From NCBI GenBank assembly GCA_030390025.1, contig CM059431.1:97900001-97964000 (forward strand): 64,000 nucleotides of DNA, written 5' to 3'. The first letter of the stretch is position 1, and each line of letters starts with the position of its first letter. Under the pieces are notes generated by a model that did not search any database, was not told the origin of the DNA, and was given only the letters and a program-made list of their open reading frames with translations. A program made the position numbers and the translations under genes. The stretch comes from Squalus acanthias. Taxonomy: Eukaryota. Positions 1-12,100 of the stretch are shown in pieces.

Positions 1-19
1 ATACGCTCCCAGGGTTGAC

Positions 20-98
20 CCTGAATCCCCACAACTTTGAGTGGAATGAATAGCCTTTCATGTGGAACTTTATCAAATGCCTTCCTGAAGTCTAGATA
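20..98 (-). mobile_element. Old CR1 LINE reverse transcriptase fragment
   Basis: Minus strand reads YLDFRKAFDKVPHERL, the CR1 RT motif also seen in the longer copies. Confidence 0.65.
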
Positions 99-367
99 CT
101 CCCGTACCGTGCGGCTTCCCCGGTCCTTGTGGGTTGTAACTTCCGTATGGGCAGGAACTTCCCCTTCTGAAACCCACGTGATGGCAGCTTGGGGTTTGGA
201 AGCCTGAAGGTTATTGGACAAAGGAAAGGACACAGGAACAGGAGGAGGCCATTCAGCCCCTCGAGCCTGTCCCAGGGAGGTGAAGAGTTGGCTGGTTTAA
301 AGACTCTTGGGATGAATCGATTGGACCAGTGTGAGCCGGAATTTCCCATACACGTCTATGATTGGGT

Positions 368-1638
368 AACATAAGAACATAAGAAATAGGAGCAGGAGTA
401 GACCAATCGGCCCCTCGAGCCTGCTCCGCCATTCAATGAGATCATGGCTGATCTGATCCAACCTCAACTCTAAAGAACACAAGTAGGAGCAGGACCAGGC
501 CACTCGGCCCCTGGGCCCGCTCCGCCACCCACAGGGCCTTGACCGATCCGAACTCAGCCTCATGTCCAATTTCCAGCCCGCTCCCCGTAACCCCTGATTC
601 CCTTTACTTCTAGGAAACGGTCTATTTCTGTTTTAAATTTATTTAATGAAGTAGCTTCCACAGCTTCCTGGGGTAGCAAATTCCACAGACCCACTACCCT
701 CTGAGTGAAAAAGTTTCTCTTCATCTCAGTTTTGAAAGAGCAGCCCCTTATTCTAAGATTATGTCCCCTAGTTCTAGTTTCACCCATCATTGGGAACATC
801 CTCACCGCGTCCACCCGATCAAGCCCCTTCACAATCTTATATGTTTCAATAAGATCGCCTCTCATTCTTCTGAACTCCAATGAGTAGAGTCCCAATCTAC
901 GCAACCTCTCCTCGTATGTCCACCCCCTCATCCCCGGAATTAACCGAGTGAACCTTCTTTGTACTGCCTCGAGAGCAAGTATGTCTTTTCTTAAGTATGG
1001 ACACCAAAACTGTATGCAGTACTCCAGGTGCAGTCTCACCAATACCCTATACAACTGCAGCAATACCTTCCTGTTTTTATATTCTATCCCCCTAGCAATA
1101 AAAGCCAACATTCCATTGGCTTTCTTGATCACCTGCTGCACCTGCATACTAACTTTTTGATTTTCTTGCACCAAGACCCCCAGATCCCTTTGTACTGCAG
1201 TACTTTCCAGTTTCTCGCCATTAAGATAATAACTTGCTCTCTGATTTTTCCTGCCAAAGTGCATAACCTCACATTTTCCAATATTGTATTGCATCTGCCA
1301 AATCTCTGCCCACTCACCCAGCCTGTCTATATCCCCTTGTAGGTTTTTTATGTCCTCCTCACTCTCTACTTTCCCTCCCATCTTTGTATCATCTGCAAAC
1401 TTTGATATGTTACACTCGGTCCCCTCCTCCAAATCGTTAATATAGATTGTAAAGAGTTGGGGACCCAGCACCGACCCCTGCGGAACACCACTGGCTACTG
1501 GTTGCCAGTCCGAGAATGAACCATTTATCCCAACTCTCTGCTTCCTGTTAGATAACCAATCCTCCACCCATGCCAGAATATTACCCCCAATCCAGTGATT
1601 TTTTATCTTGAGTAATAATCTTTTATGTGGCACCTTGT
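368..1638 (-). mobile_element. 5'-truncated CR1 LINE (RT and C-terminus) with two stacked 3' tails
   Basis: ORF 560-1645 with GVPQGSVLGP, FADDTK and TRGH...FFTQRVV motifs; (TTCTTATG)n-type terminal microsatellite. Confidence 0.95.
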
Positions 1639-2128
1639 AAGCCAATCAGCCAGGGGTACAAAGTCGGAGAATTTCCCGTTTGATTCCATCACAGTGAGAT
1701 AATTACACCAAAGTTGTCTACTGAGAGAAATAAGGGCTGATCGACTGATCCCACACTCCCGGCACTGGAGGCAGCATCAGTCGGGAAATCCGTGAAGCTC
1801 CTGAATTTTTCTGTCCATTTATTTCCCTCCCTGGGTATTGGTGCAAGTTAAAGGAAATGGGACTGCAGCAACTGAATGAAAATGCTTCGTGGGTTGTGCA
1901 ACATAATTAAATGAAAATTGTAAATTCTGCCACATCATAAGCAACATTACAAGTTAATCCAGGAATGGAACAGTTACCCCGTGTCCATTCGAGCACAGTC
2001 TGGATATGGTTGATGCAGAGCAAGGTCCATCTGGAGTGTTAGCGGAAACTCGGTACCAGCTGTACATCAGGAGCGTGAGAGAGGAGCGGACCCCAATTTA
2101 AGTCAGAAAGAGAGCACGCTTCACTTAC

Positions 2129-2227
2129 CGGCTAGTCCGACTGGACCTTTCACTCCAGGGGCTCCCTGGGCTCCGTGTGGTCCTTTTCTCCCAGGGTACC
2201 CCATCATACCCTGGTCACCCCTTTGAC
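2129..2227 (-). CDS. COL4A2: Collagen IV exon, 99 nt
   Basis: attgaaag|GT CAA AGG...CTA GCC G|gtaagt; GQRGDQGMMGYPGRKGPHGAQGAPGVKGPVGLAG. Confidence 0.93.
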
Positions 2228-2478
2228 CTTTCAATATATAAATAAAAAATAATCAGTTACAAATACTTTGGGAATAATATAAACGTACAGCATTGAGTTA
2301 ACAGATTTACGGCAGCGCATCACCAAATTTATCGCAAAACTAGAGGGTAAAATCCATCGATCCCGCGCTCCCAGTGAGGAGACCTACCAAAGGGAGCAGG
2401 GGCTGGAGAACCAGCATTACATAGCCCTGTCTCTGATCCCATGTTCCCCTTTGAACGTGGCTCCCTGCGGAGAGTATT

Positions 2479-2662
2479 GGGGTGAAATTGGAGTTGGGCG
2501 GGAACACGAGACAAAGGGAATCACATTTTCGGCCCGTTATATCACACGCCCGATATTCAGGTCTAGTGAAATCAACGGAACTGAGTATGGGGCGGGGCGT
2601 ATAACGGGCGACCAATGAAATACCGCCTGCTTTTGAATCCCCCGCCAAGTCCAATAGGGCCC
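2479..2662. mobile_element. Possible small MITE-like element
   Basis: Imperfect terminal inverted repeat: GGGGTGAAATTGGAGTTGGGCGGG versus reverse complement GGGCCCTATTGGACTTGGCGGG. Confidence 0.35.
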
Positions 2663-2793
2663 AGAGAATAAGGCCCATTGTCTTGCAAATATTTTCATTT
2701 CCCTGTGTCTTAATAAAGTCTTTATTTAACATCTAGTTCTGGACAATTTCCCCACAAAACAGCAGAAAAACTTCTGAAAGATCTCAGACTTGC

Positions 2794-2955
2794 CTTTGTT
2801 GCCAGAAATGCCATCGATCCCCGAAAGACCCGGAGATCCCTCATCACCACTCAATCCCGGTGGTCCTGGGAAACCAGCTCTTCCTTGATCCCCTGGCTCA
2901 CCCTTGACCCCAGGGGGTGCCCATCTGCCAGGTGGACCTGGTTGGCCTGGGAAAC
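2794..2955 (-). CDS. COL4A2: Collagen IV exon, 162 nt, GC donor
   Basis: cttatag|GT TTC CCA...AAC AAA G|gcaagt; [19 protein letters not shown]...[10 protein letters not shown]. Confidence 0.92.
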
Positions 2956-3021
2956 CTATAAGATAGTCCGAGATAATATTAATGATCTTCGTTGCCTCAC
3001 CTGTGTGTCCATCATTCATAC

Positions 3022-3105
3022 ATCTCTCGCCTCTGTGTCAGGAGATTGTGCGTTCGAGTCAAACTCCAGAACCTTGAGCACAAACTTCAGGCAGACATCC
3101 CAACG
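3022..3105 (+). mobile_element. Degenerate 5' (tRNA-like) fragment of the DeuSINE family
   Basis: Resembles the reverse complement of SINE heads at 37025-37132 and 60345-60455; B-box-like GTTCGAGTC. Confidence 0.5.
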
Positions 3106-3191
3106 CCGGTAACCGCGGGCTATCTACGATTTGAAGTCCACGGACAGACTAAATGATTTCCCGATACGCACAGCGAGCGGACAATGCTTCC

Positions 3192-6100
3192 TGACCATCG
3201 CGGTCACGCAGTGAGAGTCTTGACTAATTGCGGTCACTCAGTGAGAGCGTTGACCAATTGCGGTCACTCAGTGAGAGTCTTGACCAATTGCGATCACTCA
3301 GTGAGAGCGTTGACCAATTGCGGTCAATCAGTGTTGACCAGTCACGGCCACTCAGTGAGAATGTTGACCAGTCACGGTCACTCAGTGAGAGTGTTGACCA
3401 GTCGCGGTCACTCAGTGAGAGTGTTGACCAATCACGGTCACTCAGTGAGAATGTTGACCAGTCACGGTCACTCAGTGAGAGTGTTGACCAATCACGGTCA
3501 CTCAGTGAGAGCGTTGCACAGTCGCAGTCACTCAGTGAGAGTGTTGACCAGTCACGGTCACTCAGTGAGAGTGTTGACCAATCACGGTCACTCAGTGAGA
3601 ACGTGGACCAATCACGGTCACTCAGTGAGAACGTTGACCAGTCGCAGTCACTCAGTGAGAACGTTGACCAGTCGCGGTCACTCAGTGAGAGCGTTGACCA
3701 ATCGCGGTCACTCAGTGAGAGCGTTGACCAATCACGGTCACTCAGTGAGAGTGTTGACCAATTGCGGTCACTCAGTGAGAGTGTTGACCAGTCGCGGTCA
3801 CTCAGTGAGAACGTTGACCAATCACGGTCACTCAGTGAGAGTGTTGACCAATCACGGTCACTCAGTAAGAGCGTTGACCAGTCACGGTCACTCAGTGAGA
3901 ACATTGACCAGTCGCGGTCACTCAGTGAGAGTGTTGACCAGTCGCGGTCACTCAGTGAGAGCATTGACCAGTCGCGGTCACTCAGTGAGAGTGTTGACCA
4001 GTCACGGTCGCTCAGTGAGAATGTTGACCAGTCGCGGTCACTCAGTGAGAGCGTTGACCAATCACTGTCACTCAGTGAGAGTGTTGACCAGTCGCGGTCA
4101 ATCAGTGAGAGTGTTGACCAGTCACGGTCACTCAGTGAGAATGTTGACCAGTCGCGGTCACTCAGTGAGAGCGTTGACCAATCACTTTCACTCAGTGAGA
4201 GTGTTGACCAGTCGCGGTCACTCAGTGAGAGTGTTGACCAGTCGCGGTCACTCAGTGAGAGTGTTGACAAATCACGGTCACTCAGTGAGAGTGTTGACCA
4301 GTCGCGGTCACTCAGTGAGAGTGTTGACCAATCACAGTCACTCAGTGAGAGTGTTGACCAGTCGCGGTCACTCAATGAGAGCGTTGACCAGTCGCGGTCA
4401 CTCAGTGAGAGCATTGACCAGTCACGGTCACTCAGTGAGAGTGTTGACCAGTCACGGTCGCTCAGTGAGAATGTTGACCAGTCGCGGTCACTCAGTGAGA
4501 GCGTTGACCAATCACTGTCACTCAGTGAGAGTGTTGACCAGTCGCGGTCAATCAGTGAGAGTGTTGACCAGTCACGGTCACTCAGTGAGAATGTTGACCA
4601 GTCGCGGTCACTCAGTGAGAGCGTTGACCAATCACTTTCACTCAGTGAGAGTGTTGACCAGTCGCGGTCACTCAGTGAGAGTGTTGACCAGTCGCGGTCA
4701 CTCAGTGAGAGTGTTGACAAATCACGGTCACTCAGTGAGAGTGTTGACCAGTCGCGGTCACTCAGTGAGAGTGTTGACCAATCACAGTCACTCAGTGAGA
4801 GTGTTGACCAGTCGCGGTCACTCAATGAGAGCGTTGACCAGTCGCGGTCACTCAGTGAGAGCATTGACCAGTCACGGTCACTCAGTGAGAGCGTTGACCA
4901 GTCGCGGTCACTCAGTGAGAGTGTTGACCTATCACGGTCACTCAGTGAGAGTGTTGACCAGTCGCGGTCACTCAGCGAGAGCGTTGACCAAACACAGTCA
5001 CTCAGTGAGAGTGTTGACCAGTCGCGGTCACTCAGTGAGAACGTTGACCAATCACGGTCACTCAGTGAGTGTGTTGACCAGTCGCGGTCACTCAGTGAGA
5101 GTGTTGACCAGTCGCGGTCACTCAGCGAGAGCGTTGACCAATCACAGTCACTCAGTGAGAGTGTTGACCAGTCGCGGTCACTCAGTGAGAGTGTTGACCA
5201 GTCACGGTCACTCAGTGAGAACATTGACCAGTCACGGTCACTCAGTGAGAGCGTTGACCAATCACGGTCACTCAGTGAGAGTGTTGACCAGTCACGGTCA
5301 CTCAGTGAGAACATTGACCAGTCACGGTCACTCAGTGACAGTGTTGACCAATCACGGTTACTCAGTGAGAGCGTTGACCAGTCGCGGTCACTCAGTGAGA
5401 GTGTTGACCAGTCACGGTCACTCAGTGAGAACGTTGACCAGTCGCGGTGACTCAGTGAGAACGTTGACCAGTCGCGGTCACTCAGTGAGAACGTTGACCT
5501 GTCGCGGTCACGCAGTGAGAGCGTTGACCAATCGCGGTCACTCAGTGAGAGCGTTGACCAATCACGGTCACTCAGTGAGAGTGTTGACCAATCGCGGTCA
5601 CTCAGTGAGAGTGTTGACCAGTCACGGTCACTCAGTGAGAGCGTTGACCAATCACGGTCACTCAGTGAGAGTGTTGACCAATCACAGTCACTCAGTGAGA
5701 ATGTTGACCAGTCGCGGTCACTCAGTGAGAGCGTTGACCAGTCGCGGTCACTCAGTGAGAATGTAGACCAATCACGGTCACTCAGTGAGAGCATTGACCA
5801 GTCGCGGTCACTCAGTGAGAGTGTTGACCAGGTGCGGTCACTCAGTGAGAGCGTTGACCAGTCGCGGTCAATCAGTGAGAATGTTGACCAATCACGGTCA
5901 CTCAGTGAGAGCGTTGACCAACCACGGTCACTCAGTGAGAGCGTTGACCAATCACGGTCACTCAATGACAGTGTTGACCAGTCGCGGTCACTCAGTGAGA
6001 GCGTTGACCAGTCGCGGTCACACAGTGAGAACGTTGACCAGTCGCGGTCACTCAGTGGGAGCGTTGACCAATCACAGTCACTCAATGACAGTGTTGACCA

Positions 6101-9100
6101 GTCGCGGTCACTCAGTGAGAGCGTTGACCAGTCGCGGTCACACAGTGAGAACGTTGACCAGTCGCGGTCACTCAGTGAGAATGTAGACCAATCACGGTCA
6201 CTCAGTGGGAGCGTTGACCAGTCGCGGTCACTCAGTGAGAATGTAGACCAATCACGGTCACTCAGTGAGAGCACTGACCAGTCGCGGTCACTCAGTGAGA
6301 GTGTTGACCAGTTGCGGTCACTCAGTGAGAGCGTTGACCAGTCGCGGTCACTCAGTGAGAATGTTGACCAGTCGCGGTCACTCAGTGAGAGTGTTGACCA
6401 GTCGCGGTCACTCAGTGAGAGCATTGACCGGTTGCGGTCACTCAGTGGGAGCGTTGACCAGTCGCGGTCACTCAGTGAGAATGTAGACCAATCACGGTCA
6501 CTCAGTGAGAGCATTGACCAGTCGCGGTCACTCAGTGAGAGTGTTGACCAGTTGCGGTCACTCAGTGAGAGCGTTGACCAGTCGCGGTCACTCAGTGAGA
6601 ATGTTGACCAGTCGCGGTCACTCAGTGAGAGTGTTGACCAGTCGCGGTCACTCAGTGAGAGCGTTGACCAGTCGCGGTCACTCAGTGAGAGCGTTGACCA
6701 ATCACAGTCACTCAGTGAGAGTGTTGACCAGTCGCGGTCACTCAGTGAGAGTGTTGACGAGTCACGGTCACTCAGTGAGAGTGTTGACCAATCACGGTCA
6801 CTCAGTGAGAGTGTTGACCAGTCGCGGTCACTCAGTGAGAGCGTTGACCAATCACGGTCACTCAGTGAGAGTGTTGACCAATCGCGGTCACTCAGTGAGA
6901 GCGTTGACCAGTCGCGGTCACTCAGTGAGAGTGTTGACCAGTCACGGTCACTCAGTGAGAACATTGACCAGTCACGGTCACTCAGTGAGAGCGTTGACCA
7001 ATCACGGTCACTCAGTGAGAGTGTTGACCAGTCACGGTCACTCAGTGAGAACATTGACCAGTCACGGTCACTCAGTGACAGTGTTGACCAATCACGGTTA
7101 CTCAGTGAGAGCGTTGACCAGTCGCGGTCACTCAGTGAGAGTGTTGACCAGTCACGGTCACTCAGTGAGAACGTTGACCAGTCGCGGTGACTCAGTGAGA
7201 ACGTTGACCAGTCGCGGTCACTCAGTGAGACGTTGACCTGTCGCGGTCACGCAGTGAGAGCGTTGACCAATCGCGGTCACTCAGTGAGAGCGTTGACCAA
7301 TCACGGTCACTCAGTGAGAGTGTTGACCAATCGCGGTCACTCAGTGAGAGTGTTGACCAATCACGGTCACTCAGTGAGAGTGTTGACCAGTCACGGTCAC
7401 TCAGTGAGAACATTGACCAGTCACGGTCACTCAGTGAGAGCGTTGACCAATCACGGTCACTCAGTGAGAGTGTTGACCAGTCACGGTCACTCAGTGAGAA
7501 CATTGACCAGTCACGGTCACTCAGTGACAGTGTTGACCAATCACGGTTACTCAGTGAGAGCGTTGACCAGTCGCGGTCACTCAGTGAGAGTGTTGACCAG
7601 TCACGGTCACTCAGTGAGAACGTTGACCAGTCGCGGTGACTCAGTGAGAACGTTGACCAGTCGCGGTCACTCAGTGAGAACGTTGACCTGTCGCGGTCAC
7701 GCAGTGAGAGCGTTGACCAATCGCGGTCACTCAGTGAGAGCGTTGACCAATCACGGTCACTCAGTGAGAGTGTTGACCAATCGCGGTCACTCAGTGAGAG
7801 TGTTGACCAGTCACGGTCACTCAGTGAGAGCGTTGACCAATCACGGTCACTCAGTGAGAGTGTTGACCAATCACAGTCACTCAGTGAGAATGTTGACCAG
7901 TCGCGGTCACTCAGTGAGAGCATTGACCAGTCGCGGTCACTCAGTGAGAGTGTTGACCAGTCGCGGTCACTCAGTGAGAGTGCTGACCAATCACGGTCAC
8001 TCAGTGAGAATGTTGACCAGTCACGGTCACTCAGTGAGAGTGTTGACCAGTCGCGGTCACTCAGTGAGAGTGTTGACCAATCACGGTCACTCAGTGAGAA
8101 TGTTGACCAGTCACGGTCACTCAGTGAGAGTGTTGACCCATCACGGTCACTCAGTGAGAGTGTTGCACAGTCGCAGTCACTCAGTGAGAGTGTTGACCAG
8201 TCACGGTCACTCAGTGAGAGTGTTGACCAATCACGGTCACTCAGTGAGAACGTTGACCAGTCGCGGTGACTCAGTGAGAACGTTGACCTGTCGCGGTCAC
8301 TCAGTGAGAGCGTTGACCAGTCGCGGTCACTCAGTGAGAGCGTTGACCAATCGCGGTCACTCAGTGAGAGCGTTGACCAATCACAGTCACTCAGTGAGAG
8401 TGTTGACCAATCGCGGTCACTCAGTGAGAGCGTTGACCAGTCGCGGTCACTCAGTGAGAACGTTGACCAATCACGGTCACTCAGTGAGAGTGTTGACCAA
8501 TCACGGTCACTCAGTAAGAGCGTTGACCAGTCACGGTCACTCAGTGAGAACATTGACCAGTCGCGGTCACTCAGTGAGAGTGTTGACCAGTCGCGGTCAC
8601 TCAGTGAGAGCATTGACCGGTTGCGGTCACTCAGTGAGAATGTTGACCAGTCGCGGTCACTCAGTGAGAGCGTTGACCAGTCGCGGTCACTCAGTGAGAG
8701 CGTTGACCAATCACAGTCACTCAGTGAGAGTGTTGACCAGTCGCGGTCACTCAGTGAGAGTGTTGACGAGTCACGGTCACTCAGTGAGAGTGTTGACCAA
8801 TCACGGTCACTCAGTGAGAGTGTTGACCAGTCGCGGTCACTCAGTGAGAGCGTTGACCAATCACGGTCACTCAGTGAGAGTGTTGACCAATCGCGGTCAC
8901 TCAGTGAGAGCGTTGACCAGTCGCGGTCACTCAGTGAGAGTGTTGACCAGTCGCGGTCACTCAGTGAGAACGTTGACCAATCACGGTCACTCAGTGAGAG
9001 TGTTGACCAATCACGGTCACTCAGTAAGAGCGTTGACCAGTCACGGTCACTCAGTGAGAACATTGACCAGTCGCGGTCACTCAGTGAGAGTGTTGACCAG

Positions 9101-12100
9101 TCGCGGTCACTCAGTGAGAGCATTGACCAGTCGCGGTCACTCAGTGAGAGTGTTGACCAATCACAGTCACTCAGTGAGAGTGTTGACCAATCACGGTCAC
9201 TCAGTGAGAGTGTTGACCAGTCGCGGTCACTCAGTGAGAGCGTTGACCAATCACGGTCACTCAGTGAGAGCGTTGCACAGTCGCAGTCACTCAGTGAGAG
9301 TGTTGACCAGTCACGGTCACTCAGTGAGAGTGTTGACCAATCACGGTCACTCAGTGAGAACGTTGACCAATCACGGTCACTCAGTGAGAACGTTGACCAC
9401 TCGCGGTCACTCAGTGAGAACGTTGACCTGTCGCGGTCACGCAGTGGTAGCTTTGACCAATCGCGGTCACTCAGTGAGAGCGTTGACCAATCACGGTCAC
9501 TCAGTGAGAGTGTTGACCAATCGCGGTCACTCAGTGAGAGCGTTGACCAGTCGCGGTCACTCAGTGAGAGTGTTGACCAGTCGCGGTCACTCAGTGAGAA
9601 TGTTGACCAATCACGGTCACTCAGTGAGAATGTTGACCAGTCGCGGTAACTCAGTGAGAGTGTTGACCAGTCGCGGTCACTCAGTGAGAGCATTGACCGG
9701 TTGCGGTCACTCAGTGGGAGCGTTGACCAGTCGCGGTCACTCAGTGAGAATGTAGACCAATCACGGTCACTCAGTGAGAGCATTGACCAGTCGCGGTCAC
9801 TCAGTGAGAGTGTTGACCAGTTGCGGTCACTCAGTGAGAGCGTTGACCAGTCGCGGTCACTCAGTGAGAATGTTGACCAGTCGCGGTCACTCAGTGAGAG
9901 TGTTGACCAGTCGCGGTCACTCAGTGAGAGCGTTGACCAGTCGCGGTCACTCAGTGAGAGCGTTGACCAATCACAGTCACTCAGTGAGAGTGTTGACCAG
10001 TCGCGGTCACTCAGTGAGAGTGTTGACGAGTCACGGTCACTCAGTGAGAGTGTTGACCAATCACGGTCACTCAGTGAGAGTGTTGACCAGTCGCGGTCAC
10101 TCAGTGAGAGCGTTGACCAATCACGGTCACTCAGTGAGAGTGTTGACCAATCGCGGTCACTCAGTGAGAGCGTTGACCAGTCGCGGTCACTCAGTGAGAG
10201 TGTTGACCAGTCACGGTCACTCAGTGAGAACATTGACCAGTCACGGTCACTCAGTGAGAGCGTTGACCAATCACGGTCACTCAGTGAGAGTGTTGACCAG
10301 TCACGGTCACTCAGTGAGAACATTGACCAGTCACGGTCACTCAGTGACAGTGTTGACCAATCACGGTTACTCAGTGAGAGCGTTGACCAGTCGCGGTCAC
10401 TCAGTGAGAGTGTTGACCAGTCACGGTCACTCAGTGAGAACGTTGACCAGTCGCGGTGACTCAGTGAGAACGTTGACCAGTCGCGGTCACTCAGTGAGAC
10501 GTTGACCTGTCGCGGTCACGCAGTGAGAGCGTTGACCAATCGCGGTCACTCAGTGAGAGCGTTGACCAATCACGGTCACTCAGTGAGAGTGTTGACCAAT
10601 CGCGGTCACTCAGTGAGAGTGTTGACCAATCACGGTCACTCAGTGAGAGTGTTGACCAGTCACGGTCACTCAGTGAGAACATTGACCAGTCACGGTCACT
10701 CAGTGAGAGCGTTGACCAATCACGGTCACTCAGTGAGAGTGTTGACCAGTCACGGTCACTCAGTGAGAACATTGACCAGTCACGGTCACTCAGTGACAGT
10801 GTTGACCAATCACGGTTACTCAGTGAGAGCGTTGACCAGTCGCGGTCACTCAGTGAGAGTGTTGACCAGTCACGGTCACTCAGTGAGAACGTTGACCAGT
10901 CGCGGTGACTCAGTGAGAACGTTGACCAGTCGCGGTCACTCAGTGAGAACGTTGACCTGTCGCGGTCACGCAGTGAGAGCGTTGACCAATCGCGGTCACT
11001 CAGTGAGAGCGTTGACCAATCACGGTCACTCAGTGAGAGTGTTGACCAATCGCGGTCACTCAGTGAGAGTGTTGACCAGTCACGGTCACTCAGTGAGAGC
11101 GTTGACCAATCACGGTCACTCAGTGAGAGTGTTGACCAATCACAGTCACTCAGTGAGAATGTTGACCAGTCGCGGTCACTCAGTGAGAGCATTGACCAGT
11201 CGCGGTCACTCAGTGAGAGTGTTGACCAGTCGCGGTCACTCAGTGAGAGTGTTGACCAATCACAGTCACTCAATGACAGTGTTGACCAGTCGCGGTCACT
11301 CAGTGGGAGCGTTGACCAGTCGCGGTCACTCAGTGAGAATGTAGACCAATCACGGTCACTCAGTGAGAGCATTGACCAGTCGCGGTCACTCAGTGAGAGT
11401 GTTGACCAGTTGCGGTCACTCAGTGAGAGCGTTGACCAGTCGCGGTCAATCAGTGAGAATGTTGACCAATCACGGTCACTCAGTGAGAGCGTTGACCAAC
11501 CACGGTCACTCAGTGAGAGCGTTGACCAATCACGGTCACTCAATGACAGTGTTGACCAGTCGCGGTCACTCAGTGAGAGCGTTGACCAGTCGCAGTCACT
11601 CAGTGAGAACGTTGACCAATCACGGTCACTCAGTGAGAGCGTTGACCAGTCGCGGTCACACAGTGAGAACGTTGACCAATCGCGGTCACTCAGTGAGAGT
11701 GTTGACCAGTCACGGTCACTCAGTGAGAGCGTTGACCAATCACGGTCACTCAGTGAGAGTGTTGATCAATCACAGTCACTCAGTGAGAATGTTGACCAGT
11801 CGCGGTCACGCAGTGAGAGCGTTGACCAATCGCGGTCACTCAGTGAGAGCGTTGACCAATCACGGTCACTCAGTGAGAGTGTTGACCAATCGCGGTCACT
11901 CAGTGAGAGTGTTGACCAATCACGGTCACTCAGTGAGAGTGTTGACCAGTCACGGTCACTCAGTGAGAACATTGACCAGTCACGGTCACTCAGTGAGAGC
12001 GTTGACCAATCACGGTCACTCAGTGAGAGTGTTGACCAGTCACGGTCACTCAGTGAGAACATTGACCAGTCACGGTCACTCAGTGACAGTGTTGACCAAT

